A stretch of 64,000 nt of DNA. It comes from Torpedo marmorata (lineage: Eukaryota). The stretch covers positions 16,554,001 to 16,618,000 of the forward strand of contig OZ360234.1 of assembly GCA_977017645.1 (NCBI GenBank), read 5' to 3'. Numbering within the stretch: position 1 is the stretch's first letter; every line of letters starts with the position of its first letter. This document shows positions 1 to 42,377 of this stretch, piece after piece. The notes under the pieces were generated by a model that ran no database searches, was not told the origin of the DNA, and saw only the letters and a list, made by a program, of their open reading frames with translations. The translations under genes were made by a program, and so were the position numbers.

Positions 1-475
1 GGCAGAACCCTTCATCATGAGTCAGGTTCTTTTGAGTTAATGCTGCTGCTTCTTCCATGGGTGCTGCTCGATCAGAGTTTCTCCAGCAGATTTTCCTTTT
101 CACTTGAGATTCCAGCATTGGCATTGCCTCTGGTGTTCCCATTGCTTATCACAGCATCGGTGAGCATTGAACCTGAGCCCTTTGCTTTTTTCAGTAGCTA
201 AGCTTTTCTCTGAACTTGTGGGAGAATTAGCCCGTTTATAATATGCGAGGTAAAACTTTCCTGGTGTCTGGTTATGAAAATGTAGGTATTCAACACTGCA
301 GTAATTTTTGAAGGTGTTGTTTGTGATTGCCCATTTGTAATTAGACCAAATTATATCAGAATTGGGTTACAGCAATAATTGTATTTTTTTAAAAACTATC
401 TGCAGTTCCACACTCTTGTAATACTCCATGTAGCGTGGATAAAGACTTGATAGAACTTTATGGAATGTCAAGGAA

Positions 476-697
476 CTGAAAAATCATTTAATAGAAAACT
501 GGCCCTTCTGGCGCACAAGCCCGTGCCGCCCAAATACACCAATTAACCTACAAACCCCATACATTTTTGAAGGGTGGGAGGAAGCTGGAGCACCCGGAGG
601 AAACCCATGCAGACAAAGGGAGAATGCACAAACTCCTTACAGACAGCGCCGGATTCTAATTCGGGTTGCTGGCGCTGTAATAGCATCGTGCTAACGA
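476..697 (-). mobile_element. tRNA-derived V-SINE (HE1-like)
   Basis: V-core GGGTTTCCTCCGGGTGCTCC on the minus strand and a LINE-like tail. Confidence 0.75.
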
Positions 698-3169
698 TTT
701 TGTCAACCCTTTCATGTAGTGTCTACAGAAGAAGATATCTTAGTGTTTCCTTTCCACTCTTCCTATCTTCAATTGTGCATGTGATTTTTCTTTTTGTTGG
801 TTTTTCATGGAATCTTCATGCCAATTTCAAGTTCCAAATTATACATTAAATCTGGATATTTTAGCTTCTAGTCGTCACACTTTCTTCAATATTTCCTGCT
901 TTAACACACCATTGTCCACTGCACATTCTAGCAACATTTTCAAATTGGTGAAAATATTTATAATAAAGGAATTCTAAAGATTATCAAGGAAGGAGTGAGG
1001 TGTTATACCTCATGTTGCCGATTCTTCAAGTCAAGGGACTTGGACCATTTGGAACGTTGTTCTTGCAGATGTCTGTTTCTATTGAGCAAAGGCAATATGG
1101 GCAGAAAATTTACCTTATTTTCAACCACAGATTATTTCAACACCAGATTGTTGAAGATCCACCTTTTACAAATAAGGAAAGGATCTTGAGGAAAGAACCA
1201 TTCTTCATTGATGCTCCCTGAGCATGTTTTTAGATCTCCCTCCAACTGAGAAAAAGTACCTTTGAGTCAAACTAAATGAGTGCTGCTGCAGTTTGTTTGG
1301 CAACAGTTTACCAGCTCCTTATTTGGAAACAGCATCTCAAAACCAGTTGCTCCAGGGACATCCTAGAAGACATCAATAAATCCAAGCTGTGCTGACAGAT
1401 TTGCAACCCTGACTTGGGCCATTTAATACTGGTCAGATTTCTAAGGCACTCTCCTTGATGTTGGCAGGTGCTAGGTCATTCTCGTCCAAAGAATCTGTGA
1501 CCTGTGAACCATCTTGGCTCTTCACCATTCGTATGAGCCTGCACTGAGGAGGTCTCCTCTAGAGCCATGGAGCTCCTGTTTTGGTGTGCTTTGCTTCAGC
1601 TGACACTAGTGAAGAGGTAATGGCATCAGATCATTGGGTGTACACCAGGATCCTAATCCCAGTGCAGGTATCTCTGGATGCCTTCAATGCAAAAGTCACT
1701 TCCATTTGAAGCCTCAGCATCCCTGGATCCCAGCTACACAAAGGGAATCCTGTAAATGAAGAAGTAAGGTATATTGCTCCCTTTCAAGGAAAGTATTCCT
1801 TATTATTCCAGTAAAGGAATACTCCATATACTGTATGCTCATAGTCCTATTTCTGGGTTAAAAGGTTTGTTGAATTTTGTGTTGATGGTTTTACATGGCT
1901 CTTGTGTCCCATTTTATAAAAACTATTAGCTTTGGTACTGAGGCTTGCATGACAAAATAGCACAAGTTTAATTCCAAGTGATGAGTTAAATGAAATATCA
2001 GACTAGATCTTCATGTTACTGAATTAATTTATAAATTGGCTGGTTTCTTTGCCTTTTTAGCTTCCTGTGACCCCTGCCTGAACATAAATGTTTAAATGTA
2101 AAATGGGATTAAAATTAGTCTTTGCTGTATTCAGTGACAACTAAATCCCATGCACTGATCAGTCATGTATAAAGAATACTATGTTAGCGGTTTGGAGGCT
2201 TGCTATGAACATTCTTAAATTAAGGTGACTTATTGGGGGTATTTGTATCATAGACCAGGAGGAGGCTCTTTGGGATTCTAAAAATTGTTTATCAGAATTG
2301 TTTACCATTCCCATGATCAGTGGAAGTGATTTGTTGCAATAATATTCTCTCACACGGTGTGGTATAGATTCCTGTCTTGAGTTTTGTGCTGGAGTCAGCT
2401 TGCTGTTGAATACTGTTTTGATCTGATATTCGGGGAGTGAGAAGTGAAGAATTGAGCTGAGCGGGCTGAAATATTGGGAAATAGGGAGAGCGGAACACGG
2501 CAAATGATCCTGGAGAGAAGTAGTAAAATAGCAACAGCTGAAAGAAATGTCTTAAATTTTAAGAAGCTCTTGTTAAAAATATCATTTGTTCTATCATTGT
2601 GATTTGGAGTTAAATATAGCTAAATGACAAAAATCCATGTTTTTTCACTGTTTTTCCCATTTACCCTGTCTTTTTTTCTTGTCTATAGCTTCTTAAATTG
2701 AATAATTTAAAATATGAATCAGAACTTTAAATCATATTACACTCATTGGAGCAGCAATAATTTGTTTCTGCTCTCATTGGAGAGCAGAAGCAAATTATTG
2801 CTGCTCTGAGCACACAAAAAGAGTTAAGAGCATACAAAATACGAGAAACCTCATTCCAGCAGTGACCACTTTGGATATATTAAATAATTTTTCATGGTTC
2901 AGATGTTGCTTCATTCTTGGTTGATAACCTCCATATTCCAATGCAATTGTGAAATATCTTTGTGTTTTACCAGCATAAATCAAAATCACAATCAGAAATT
3001 ATTGTTAGAAATTTCCTGATAATTGTTTGCGGGTCTCTTTGTTTTTGAGTATTACTTTCCTAAAAATTAATGTCTGGAATTTTTAGCAAAGAACATAAAT
3101 ATAAAAAACGTTATGTTTAAACTGGAAATAGGAAGTTTAAAAATTAAATGAGTGCTGAAAACATTAATG

Positions 3170-3254
3170 GTGAAGTAACAACAGTGGAGTGATTAACCGT
3201 GAAGTAACAACAGTGGAGTGATTAACCGTGAAGTAACAACAGTGGAGTGATTAA
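3170..3254 (+). repeat. 29-bp tandem repeat, about 3 copies
   Basis: Unit GTGAAGTAACAACAGTGGAGTGATTAACC. Confidence 0.9.
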
Positions 3255-4959
3255 TCAGTTAATGTTTCAGACTTTCACCAGACAAAAGAACAAATTTTGG
3301 CATACTTCAGAATTGCAGTTGTTTATTTATTTAAATGTTATTCGTTGTCTCCTAATAACTGATGTTGAATTAACTTTTTGCATGTAATCTCTGATGACAT
3401 AGAATTTCTGCTGATGTTAGTAGTTCTGTGTGAATTTGTTCATTTTCTCTTCCCTGTCAAGGTATTAGTTCCCGAAAGGGATACAGGGCCACAGACATCA
3501 ATTGTCTTCTGATACTTTACTTATTCTTCATGTATGAGTGTGGGCAGAGGTATTTGGGAGGTTGTTTGTGGAGAAAATTGCTTCTTGATGCAGTCATCTT
3601 TTTTGAAGTTTTTTTTCATATGAGGAAACAAATTCTCATGTGATCACTGCAGTACTGAGAACTCAATTTTGTTTTTATTTTAACTCCTCTAAGGTGCCCA
3701 GGCCAATTAGAGTACACATTTTTTTCCCTCGAATTATGTAATAAGTTGCAGATTTGTAGGAATGTTTGGTGGGGTATATGCATTGAAATTTTCAAATCTT
3801 GTTTTATGATGAAAGCAGCTATCCAATTTAATGTATTGAAGGCATGTTTCTAGGATGAAGCAATCATGTTTTTGTTGAGTGTGTACATATATGTTTATAT
3901 ATTTGCATCTTTTGAGGGTGGCAGTGAGAGGAGCATTCCTTATAAATGGAGCCATTTGTTATGTGTTTATTAGTATGATTGTTAAAAGTAACTTGATTTT
4001 GAACCATTAAACAGAATTGTCTACATAATTAAACAGACTTTGTGATCAGCCATTGAAATTTGAATTGGAAGTTTTCTAGATGAAGACACTTTTTTTATAT
4101 ATTGTATATTTGAATGTGTTGTCATTACTAAGATAATGAAGAAATATCTTTTTACTAGCTCACCACTTATGCAGAATATAATTAGGCTAGGTAGACAAAG
4201 CCCCAAATTAGCCTTATGCCTTTTATGACTGATTTTACTAGGTACAGCAAAATGAATGCTATAATTGACCTTGAACTTTTGATATTGGTTGTACATCAGT
4301 TTTGGTGTCGTTGTGCACTCTGGGCCGTATATGAAAGCATGCACATATAGCCACTGGGGAAGTATCAAACTTCACTGACATGACTTTGCAATTGTAATTT
4401 ATGAGCACTTGTGTTATGGGTTAGCATGGGAAAACAAAAGCTGGGACTGCTTGGAGGAGTCTGCTAATATTAATGGAAAGGCACTGTTACAGCAGTCTTA
4501 TCTTCATCCGAGGAAGTGAGAAAATCAAGTTGTAATTAACAGGCTGTATGCTACTTTCACTATAAAATAATGCCGTTATTCTGTATTTAAGTTTCTCTAT
4601 TGGATGGTGACAAAAAATGTGGAAGGCACACGTGTGAGATGAACTATGAAGCCATAGTTCTCATCTTTTTGGCTACATGCAGCCTCATTGGGTGTTGCTA
4701 TGTTACAGATTTAGTTTGGCAGTTATATACTGTCAGTTGGTTTGCTTACCTAAAATATTCAGCGCAGAAGTGAAAGATAAAATATTGTATTACTGTCAGA
4801 TAATAGAAGTGACTTTATGAATATGTAGGAAGTGAATTATATTTCCTGGGCTGTACATACACATTGAGCACTCCAATGGTTAAAAGGTTTTGCATTGAAG
4901 AATAATGAGTTTGCTGGATCAGTTGATAATCTTGTAATTTCAACTGTTATTCAATTTGA

Positions 4960-33898
<28,939 letters not shown>

Positions 33899-36039
33899 AA
33901 TTACAGATGAAGACAAACTTCAAGCACTTCAAATCTTGGGTGGTCAATAGCTTAGTGCTATGATGTTGATCCCAGTAAATGAGTTTTTAGTTGGTATTGC
34001 CTAGAAATATATGGAAAATGGCATTACTGAAATAACTGGGAGAGAACTTCTCTGAAGGAACATGTGCCCATCCAGAGAGTACTTTGTGAATCTCTGCTAA
34101 TGCTATTGGACTTCGACATGTTTGAGGTAGCAGTGGTCTCCAAAAGCAAGTACGACCCCTCCCCATCTTTCAGACTAACTTTTGTTAATTGTGAAGAACG
34201 GATGCAATGCTGAGCTGCACCTCATCAGTTTTATCTTCTTGATTAGTCAAGTCATTGTTGAATCATTTTGAGTTGTGTCCATGTTTTTTCTTTTGGAGGG
34301 AGAGCTTGTTTTATTTTTCTCTTTTTCTAGTAAATGAGCATGTCTTCAAAAGTACTTGATATCATTAGGCATCCCACTGATGTCATTCACACTTGAAACT
34401 CTGCATTGAGAGAAGCTATTTGTTCACTATTTCTGGAAGTTTTATTTTAACATTGATTTTGTTATTGCAATGAAATAATTGGCATCAATCCTTAGTTGTG
34501 AACATTATCTTCACGTTTTATTTCGCAATTGGATTTTGTTCAGTTTTTGCCAGCATTTTGACAACTAAAGGAGGTGCCAAAAGTGGAATGTGGGTAATAA
34601 ACTATTGTCTGTAATGCAGTGATGTCTGTTTTGTATTTTGACCCTGCTGGAAAATTCCAAACTATTTGCTATTTTTATTTATCATTTATCACAACAGTAA
34701 TAGTTTAACCACTGAGAATGCAGCAACATTTGGAGATTTATGGCTGGACATTATCAGGGTGTCGACTCCAGAAATACATTTTTTCCAACCTTTACTCAGC
34801 TTGGGTTGTGGAAAAGTTTGCTTGTTTCCTGAATTATTAAACCTTTTTACTTTGGAGGGGAAAGGGGAGACGAACCTGATAAAATGTTAAAACTGCTCAG
34901 TTCTTTGGTGAATGAAAATTAAACATCAGATGCACAAGAAGAAGCCTTTGTAATTACAAGCAAGCAACAGAGGTGCACAAAGACTACTGTGGCTTTTCCA
35001 AATGAAATTGTTAAATATGTACATATGTGTCCCTTACTGAAAGTCAATGAGGTCCATATTAAAGGTTTCTGTGTTGAATAAATATTGAATAAATAGTACT
35101 GTGTAATAAGTCTATTAATTTCCCTTTCTCTTCCCAATCTACTAACATCTTTGGGAGCATTCAGCTGTAAATATAAAATCTTTAGATCAATGGTAATATT
35201 TGCTGGGAAAAGTGAAAATTAGCCAGCATTTCCATTACAGGATACTGAATGTTGCAACTTCTGCTGGAAAGACTATTTTATTAGTTGCAACAAAGGGTAG
35301 ATTTGGATGTGATACTTTTCATGGAACCGGAAGATTGCCAGCACCTGCGACATTGTTTCTTTTCTGGATTTAAAGTTGACAGATGAGGAGGATGGTAGTT
35401 TGGAAAAAACTTTAAACTCTTAATACTTGATGAACCTGCCTCATTCCAGCTGCAATTTTCAGACTAATTTCTGTCAACTACTTCCATTGAATATATTCAC
35501 TTTGTGAACTAGAATGCGTATTGTTTTTGGATTGCTAAAATTTTGAAGAACAAATGTTGTTACATCATGCAATATCAACACTAAATTGCTTTTTAAATAA
35601 TTTGCTTACCATTACCATGATATATTTTTTAAATGTACAGTTGAATTACCAAAGCAGCAAACTGGTTCTTGAGGAACAAACTTCAATTTTACATTGAAGA
35701 TTGGGGATCCTTGGAAGTCGCCTGAAAACTCTTGTATTACGTAGATATTGCAGAGGAAACAATTTAGTCTGGCAGTAATTACCCATTTGATTCAGTTCTG
35801 AATGCTTTTAAATATCAAGACTTAACAGTACTACTGCTAATCAATCAATATTACGTGGTTGCTTTACAATGTTGCATTAAATGAGCAGCCATTCAACAAT
35901 TTCTATTGCTCAAATGTTTCAGTCTTTTGTTCATTTGTCACCTTAAGACAAATGCACTGACCATCTTAACTTGGATGAAAATGGGCCCATTCCCTTACCA
36001 GTTGGCAACCTCTGTCTATCTTTAGAGGTAAATAGTGAA

Positions 36040-36860
36040 AACAGTTGCTAAAAATTGCACCAGTATCTTGATCGGCTGGGCAGAGGAATGATTGTTGGAA
36101 TTTAATACAGAGAAATATGAGGTGTTGCATTTTGGAGGTCCAACATGGTGAATGGTAGGGATCTGCGGAGTGTTGTTGAGCAGAGGGATCTAGGAGTACA
36201 ATTACACAGTACCTTCAAAGCAGAGTTGCAGATAGATAGGGTGGTCAAAAAAGGTTTTCAGCATGTTGGCCTTCTTGAGAGAATTGAGTAAAGTGGGGAG
36301 GTCATGTTGCAGTTGTATAAGACATTGGTAAAGCCCCATTTGGAAAGTTGTGTTCACCGTGCTACAGGAAAGCCATCAAGCTGGCGAGGGTACAGAGAAG
36401 ATTTATGAGGATATTGCTAGGACTTGGGGGCCTGAACTATAGGGAGAGATTGAGCAGGCTAGGGATGTGTTCTTTGGAGTGCAGGAGGATGATGGGTGAT
36501 TTCATAGAGGGACATAAAATCATGAGGGGAATAGATAGGGTGAACGCAGTCCTTGCCCAGAGTAGGGGAATCAATAACCAGAGGACTTGAGTCAAAGTTG
36601 AGGGAGTGGAGGAAAGATATTTAACAGAAACCCGAGGGGTAACTTTTTTAACACAGGGTGGTGAGTGTATGGAACGTGCTGTCGGAGGAGGTGGTTGAGG
36701 CAAGTACTATTGCAATATTTAAGAAAAGTTTGGAAGGAAGCCTGAATAGGATAGGCCTAGAAGGGTGTGGGCAAAACACAGGCAGGCGGGACATTTTGGT
36801 CAGTGTGGGCAAGTTGGGCCAAATAGCCTATTTCCTTGCTCTATGATGCTATGACTCCAT
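36040..36860 (+). mobile_element. Degenerate CR1 3' fragment
   Basis: RVQRRFMR and LECRRMMGDFIE remnants; ctatgatgctatgac tail. Confidence 0.75.
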
Positions 36861-38729
36861 ATAGATGCTGTTTGCTAAGAATATGTAGTCATGCACTCAT
36901 CCTTCAGTAGATTGTTGTGCAGGTTTTTTTTTACTGTAAATAAGGCAGGTGACTTCTGTAATTGTCTTAATTGCTTCTGTTTTTAGTTTCAGAGTCGATG
37001 TCCAAAAAGACATATAGCAAATATCTACTTCTTGGCTGAACTGATTTTTTTAAACTGTTGAATTCAAATAATTTATCTACTAATGCTTTCAAAAATTGAA
37101 CTTTGAAGTTTACTGTTCTAGAGTAAGAGGCTCTTATTTGAGCTGATTGTGTTACCTGAAGTCTTTAAAACTGGGCAACTGAACTTATCCTAGCTATTTC
37201 CTTTTCTTGTCCCTTCATATTACCAGAACAGCAAGCTGGAAATATAGATTGATAGGTAAAATGGCCCTGGTGCAAATATTGTCATGAAGTGAAAGTTCAC
37301 TATTATTGAAAATCTGATTCCATGGTTTGCACGTCATTAGTTACCAGGAGAACACCTACATGATATGGAGCTTGAGTGGCTTTGCAGGTGAGAGAACAAA
37401 CTATTGAAGAGGTGATGATTCTATTGCAACAAACACAATTACAGTGAATAGTATTTCTTTTCTGAGAGGTTTTTCACCTTCTTAAAGACAAAGAAGATTT
37501 TGATTAAATGGAATCCTTTCATTTTTTTCCTATGATGCAATCATGATTGTGACATTCTTTTCAGTTGGTAGCTAATTTAATCCATGCTTAAAACCAGGAA
37601 CAATAGTAATCTTAAATTGCACGAGACAATGGTTTCCTGATTCACATTAAAAGTAATCAAGGTTCTGCACAGATGACCTGATGAAAATCATAATTTGTCT
37701 TCTGTGACTTTGCAAATGTCCTGTATTATTTCATCTTTGTTAGATTTGTGTTCATTATCCTCCAAGAAATCTGAAATATTAGTCACAAGAATTGCCCTTC
37801 AATGGCTTTAGTATCCAAATAAAAATAAATACATTTACAGCAACATTGCTCTCTTATTTTCACTTTGGTATCCACAATCTCCCAATTTGCTTTTTGTTTC
37901 TCCAATACCAAGGAGCCCGTGGTGAATTGCTGCTTCAAATGCAGTGATTGAATCGTTGGATATGGAGACAGGTGTTTGATGGATTATGCTTCGGGATGTT
38001 GAGAGGGATCAGAAGAGCAGATCAGGGAGATGTGAAATGAGGTGGTCCCTGCTAGGAGGAAGGATGATATTTTTTTGAATATTTTATTTATTTTTTAAAG
38101 CCAAACATAATATCAATAACAAACAATACATCAAATATAATATTCATATTAAACAAGAGGAAGGATGGTCTGACTGGTGATGAAATCATGGTGGAGCTGG
38201 CAGAAATTGTGATTGAGCACAAAGGCCTTGTCCAGAAGGCAGTTATTGGGAAATCTTTGTTCTGCCCTGGGGATGTGCAGGAACTAGAGAAAATGCGGTT
38301 GAGAGCTCGTGTCTCCATGAATTGTGCATTGGATATTTGCAAGTAGAAAAGAAAATTGGGAGATCACTTTTGGAGCATCTGTGCTCAGCCTGCAAGGATG
38401 ATCCTGAGATTCTTGTTGCATAGTACTTCAATTATCAATCACACTTGTATTGCAACCTGCCTGTCTGCGGCCCTTTCCACTGACCGTGTGCAACATCAAC
38501 AAGAACATCTGGACACCTTCCAACCTTCTGGAATGAACACTACAGGAAAGCTTCCACCCCTTTGCTCTAATTCTCAGGAAGTCCTGATCAAAAACATTGA
38601 CAAGTTTCTCTTTCCAGAGCTTGCCTGGCTGAGTTCTTTGAACAGTTTTGTTTCAGATTCCCAAAATCTCCAGTTTTACTTGTTTTATAATTGATCTTGT
38701 AAGAGGAAAGGAGACAGGGCTAGATGAAG

Positions 38730-38870
38730 GGGGCTAACAGAAACTGGAGAAATCGATGTTAATGGCAGCCGGTTGGATGGTGCCCAGACAGAATATGAGG
38801 TGGTGTTCCCCTAATTTGACGGAGGTCTCAGTCTGGTAGTGCATGAGCCCATGGACCGACATGTCGGCAT
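38730..38870 (-). mobile_element. Penelope-like GIY-YIG C-terminal remnant
   Basis: EHHLIFCLGTIQPAAINIDF resembles the end of Penelope-like ORFs. Confidence 0.55.
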
Positions 38871-38908
38871 CAATGAAGGGCAGCATACCATAAGCCTTAA
38901 TTACCCTA

Positions 38909-40215
38909 TCAGAATCCGAATTTATTGTCATAAGTCATGAAATTTGGTGCTTTGTGGCAGCATCATAGTGCAAACATTCATATTATAACCATCTTATGAC
39001 ATTACTATAAAAATATATAAATAATAGTGCACGAAAAGTAAGGCAGTGTCTTTCGTTCATTGATTATTCAGGAATCTGATGGCAGCGGGGAAGAAGCTGT
39101 CCTTGTGCCGTTGAGTGCTCGTCTTTAGGCTCCTGTACCTTTTTCCCGATGGTAGCAGAGAAGGCCTGGGTGGTGGGGGTCTTTGAGGACAGAGGCTACT
39201 TTTTTAAGACACCACCTCGTGAAGATGTCCTCGATGGAGTGAAGTCTGGTGCCTGTGATGTCACAGGCCGAGTTAACAACCCTCTGGAGTTTATTCTTGT
39301 CCTGAGAGTTGGCGTCTCCATATCAGGTAGTGATGCAACCAGCCAGAATGATCTCCACGGTACACCTGTAGAAGTTTACGAGAGTCTTCGGTGACATACC
39401 GAATCTCCTCAGACACCTCACAAAGTATAGCCGCTGGCAAGCCTTCTTTGTGATTGCATCAACGTAGAGGCTCCAGGACAGATCCTCGGAGATGTTGACA
39501 CCCAGGAATTTGAAGTTCTTGACCCTCTCCACTGCTGAGCCCTCGATGAGGACTGGGTCGTGTTCCCCTGACTTCAAGATTCAATTTCAATTTATTGTCA
39601 TAGTAATAAGACAGTGTCATATTCCATGAAATTTCTTTTTGCCTGCTGCAAGGCAGACAGATTCGCCACCGGCAGAAATTGCCTAAGCGCCTCTAACATT
39701 TCTTACAGTCAGAGAAAGGGAAGCAAAAGAGAGTCCCCCCAGTCACCGAGTGTCCATAGATTCGCCTCCAGTGCTTCCGCAGCCTCCGCAGCCACACAGA
39801 GTCCAGTCCAAACGATCGGCATCCCGAGCTCCAGATCTGAACCTCCAACTCGGTCAGGTCGCCCTCGCATCCCGTTTCCGATACCTGGTACTCCTCTAGC
39901 CAGTTCGAGCCAGCCTCCAGCAGTCCGCAGCCCGGCGTGAGTCCCCCGACAGCAGTCTCCAGCAGCCCACAGCCTCCGCGGGTTCCTCACCTCAAGCCGT
40001 ATGTATGAATTGCTGTTTTCGAGGTGATCCAGAGCTGAGTGGAGAGCCAGCGATATTGCATCTGCTGTGGAGCGATTGTGACGATAGGTGAATTGCAATG
40101 GGTCCAGTTCTTTGCTTAGGTACGTGTTAATTCTGGCCATGACCAACCTCTCAAAGCATTTCATCACAGTGGAAGTTAGTGCTACTGGGCGGTAGTCGTT
40201 GAGGCAGTTCACACT
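38909..40215 (-). mobile_element. Second Rex1-like fragment, interrupted by a non-coding retroposon (39576-39994)
   Basis: Highly similar to 6881-7563 and 7988-8190. Confidence 0.85.
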
Positions 40216-40540
40216 ACTCCTGCGTGGTAAAGTATTTCTGCACTTTGCACCAACATCTCCCTTGCATTTATCTCAACTTGCCGTGAATGTGTTCTAGGTT
40301 ATTATCAGGCGTCGTTGTCCTCCCCTTGGAACTGATTGCGAACTGCACACTCCAGTGGATTCTTTATCTTTGTTTGTAAAGCTGAAACCATATCTCAGCA
40401 GTTCGGGATTGAATTATCCTTCACGTAGAAGCCAAAAAGGTTCACACATTTTCAAATTCAAATTGCTTAAAATTATTTTAATGTTTACCAGGGTTACAGC
40501 GTTAATAACAAGGACGGGAAGCATTGACAAAAAACATCAC

Positions 40541-40800
40541 TGATAGGCCTTATCAATGATTACTCAAAGACTGTGAGAGCGAGTGAATCATAGGCTTTTA
40601 TTATCAAAGAATGGAGCTGTGCTTCTCACTCGATCAGATCCGGACTGAAGGGGGTGGGCCAAATACAGTGGCCTTTAACCAGGTGAGGAAGGGGAGGGAT
40701 TACCTGGACACCCAAGGGAGGGGAGGGAGTAGGTATCAGTCCGGCCTGCAATACCAGAGCACACCACAACACACCAATACAAATACAGTGGTTTACCACA
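40541..40800 (-). repeat. 3' LTR of Gypsy copy 1
   Basis: Direct repeat of 44850-45109. Confidence 0.95.
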
Positions 40801-40885
40801 TTCACCCCTCCTTTTTAAAAGAGTCCAGCGGGGTGACGTGACCACTTTACATACGGAAAAAACATATATACATATAGACCCCGCC

Positions 40886-42377
40886 TCACAGGTCGAGGCG
40901 ATCCGGCGGCCGAATGTTCCGCTGGGACCTGCGTAGTGGCGGGTCGGGTTGTGGTGCTGGGGGAATTGGTGATGGGGGAGGTGGTAGGTTCGTCTGTGCC
41001 TCCTGCCTGGCCTCTTGGCGTGCTTGCGTTGAGGGGGCGGGGTCTAGCACATCGGATGGGATGTTAGGAAGGGGTTGCGTCGGGTGGTTTAGCAGTCTGT
41101 GGTCTTGCCCGTCGGAATGCCGTTCTGGCGCCCCATCGGGCGCAAGGTCTCGTATGGAGACGGTGTCTTCTCGTCCATCCGGGAAGACCACATATGCATA
41201 CTGGGGGTTGGCGTGCGCCAACTGCACCCTCTGAACCGTTGGTTCATATTTGCTGCCCCGAAGGTGGTTCCGGAGCAGCACTGGTCCCGGGGACATCAGC
41301 CAGGCAGGTAGGGAGGTTCCGGTGGACGACTTCCTGGGGAAGGAAAGAAATCGTTCATGAGGGGTTGTGTTGGTGGAAGTGCACAAAAGGGACCGGATGG
41401 AGTGGAGGGCTTCGGGGAGAACGTCTTGCCAGCGAGAGACCGGCCAGCCCTTTGACGTAAGGGCTAGGAGCGCGGCCTTCCATACTGTGGCGTTCTCCCT
41501 TTCCACCTGTCCATTTCCTCGGGGGTTATATGCCGTAGTTCTGCTGGTGGCGATGCCTCGGTCCTGCAGGTACCGGCGCAGCTCCTCACTCATAAAAGCT
41601 GCTCCCCGGTCGCTATGTATGTAGTTTGGAAAACCAAACAGCGTGAATACCTGGTGGAGAGCCCTTATGGTTGAGGTAGCTGACGTGTCGGGGCAGGGGA
41701 TGGCAAAGGGGAACCGCGAGTACTCGTCGACAACGTTTAGGAAGTACACGTTGCGGTTCGTGGAGGGAAGGGGCCCCTTGAAGTCAATACTGAGACGTTC
41801 GAAGGGGCGCGTGGCTTTGATCAGCTGTGCCCTGTCCGGGCGGTAGAACTGAGGTTTGCACTCTGCGCAAACACGACAGTCTCTGGTCAAAGCCCTGACC
41901 TCTTCCAGGGAGTATGGCAGGTTCTGTGCCTTCACAAAGTGAAAGAGCCTGGTAACTCCTGGGTGACAGAGGAGGTCATGTAGGGCGTGTAATCGGTCGA
42001 CCTGCGCGCTGGCGCATGATCCCCGGGATAGAGCGTCTGAGGGCTCATTGAGCTTCCCGGGCCGATAGCGGATGTCGTAGTTATAGGTGGAGAGTTCTAT
42101 TCTCCACCTCATAATTTTATCATTTTTGATCTTACCCCGCTGCTGGTTGTTGAACATAAATGCTACCGAGCGTTGGTCGGTCAGCAGGGTAAAACGCTTG
42201 CCTGCGAGATAGTGCCTCCAGTGCCTGATTGCTTCCACAATGGCCTGGGCTTCTTTCTCCACAGCGGAGTGTCGAATTTCGGGGCCTTGGAGGGTGCGCG
42301 AGAAAAACGCCACCGGCCTTCCCGCCTGGTTGAGGGTAGCAGCCAGTGCGAAGTCCGACGCGTCACTCTCCACCTGG
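40886..42377 (-). CDS. Gypsy RNase H-integrase (continuation of pol after a 1-nt frameshift)
   Basis: SDAS and EKEA (RNase H), HHCC zinc finger, DDE triad (SIDFKG, HSDRG, QVEREN). Confidence 0.9.

Noticed and set aside
1978-2022. GTGATGA...CTGA as a possible intronic box C/D snoRNA
   Set aside because: The span is only about 45 nt, the terminal stem is weak, and there is no recognisable guide or C'/D' box.
40611-40841. 76-aa ORF repeated at 44920-45126
   Set aside because: It is an antisense reading of the two near-identical LTRs, and the starting ATG context is not kept in copy 2.
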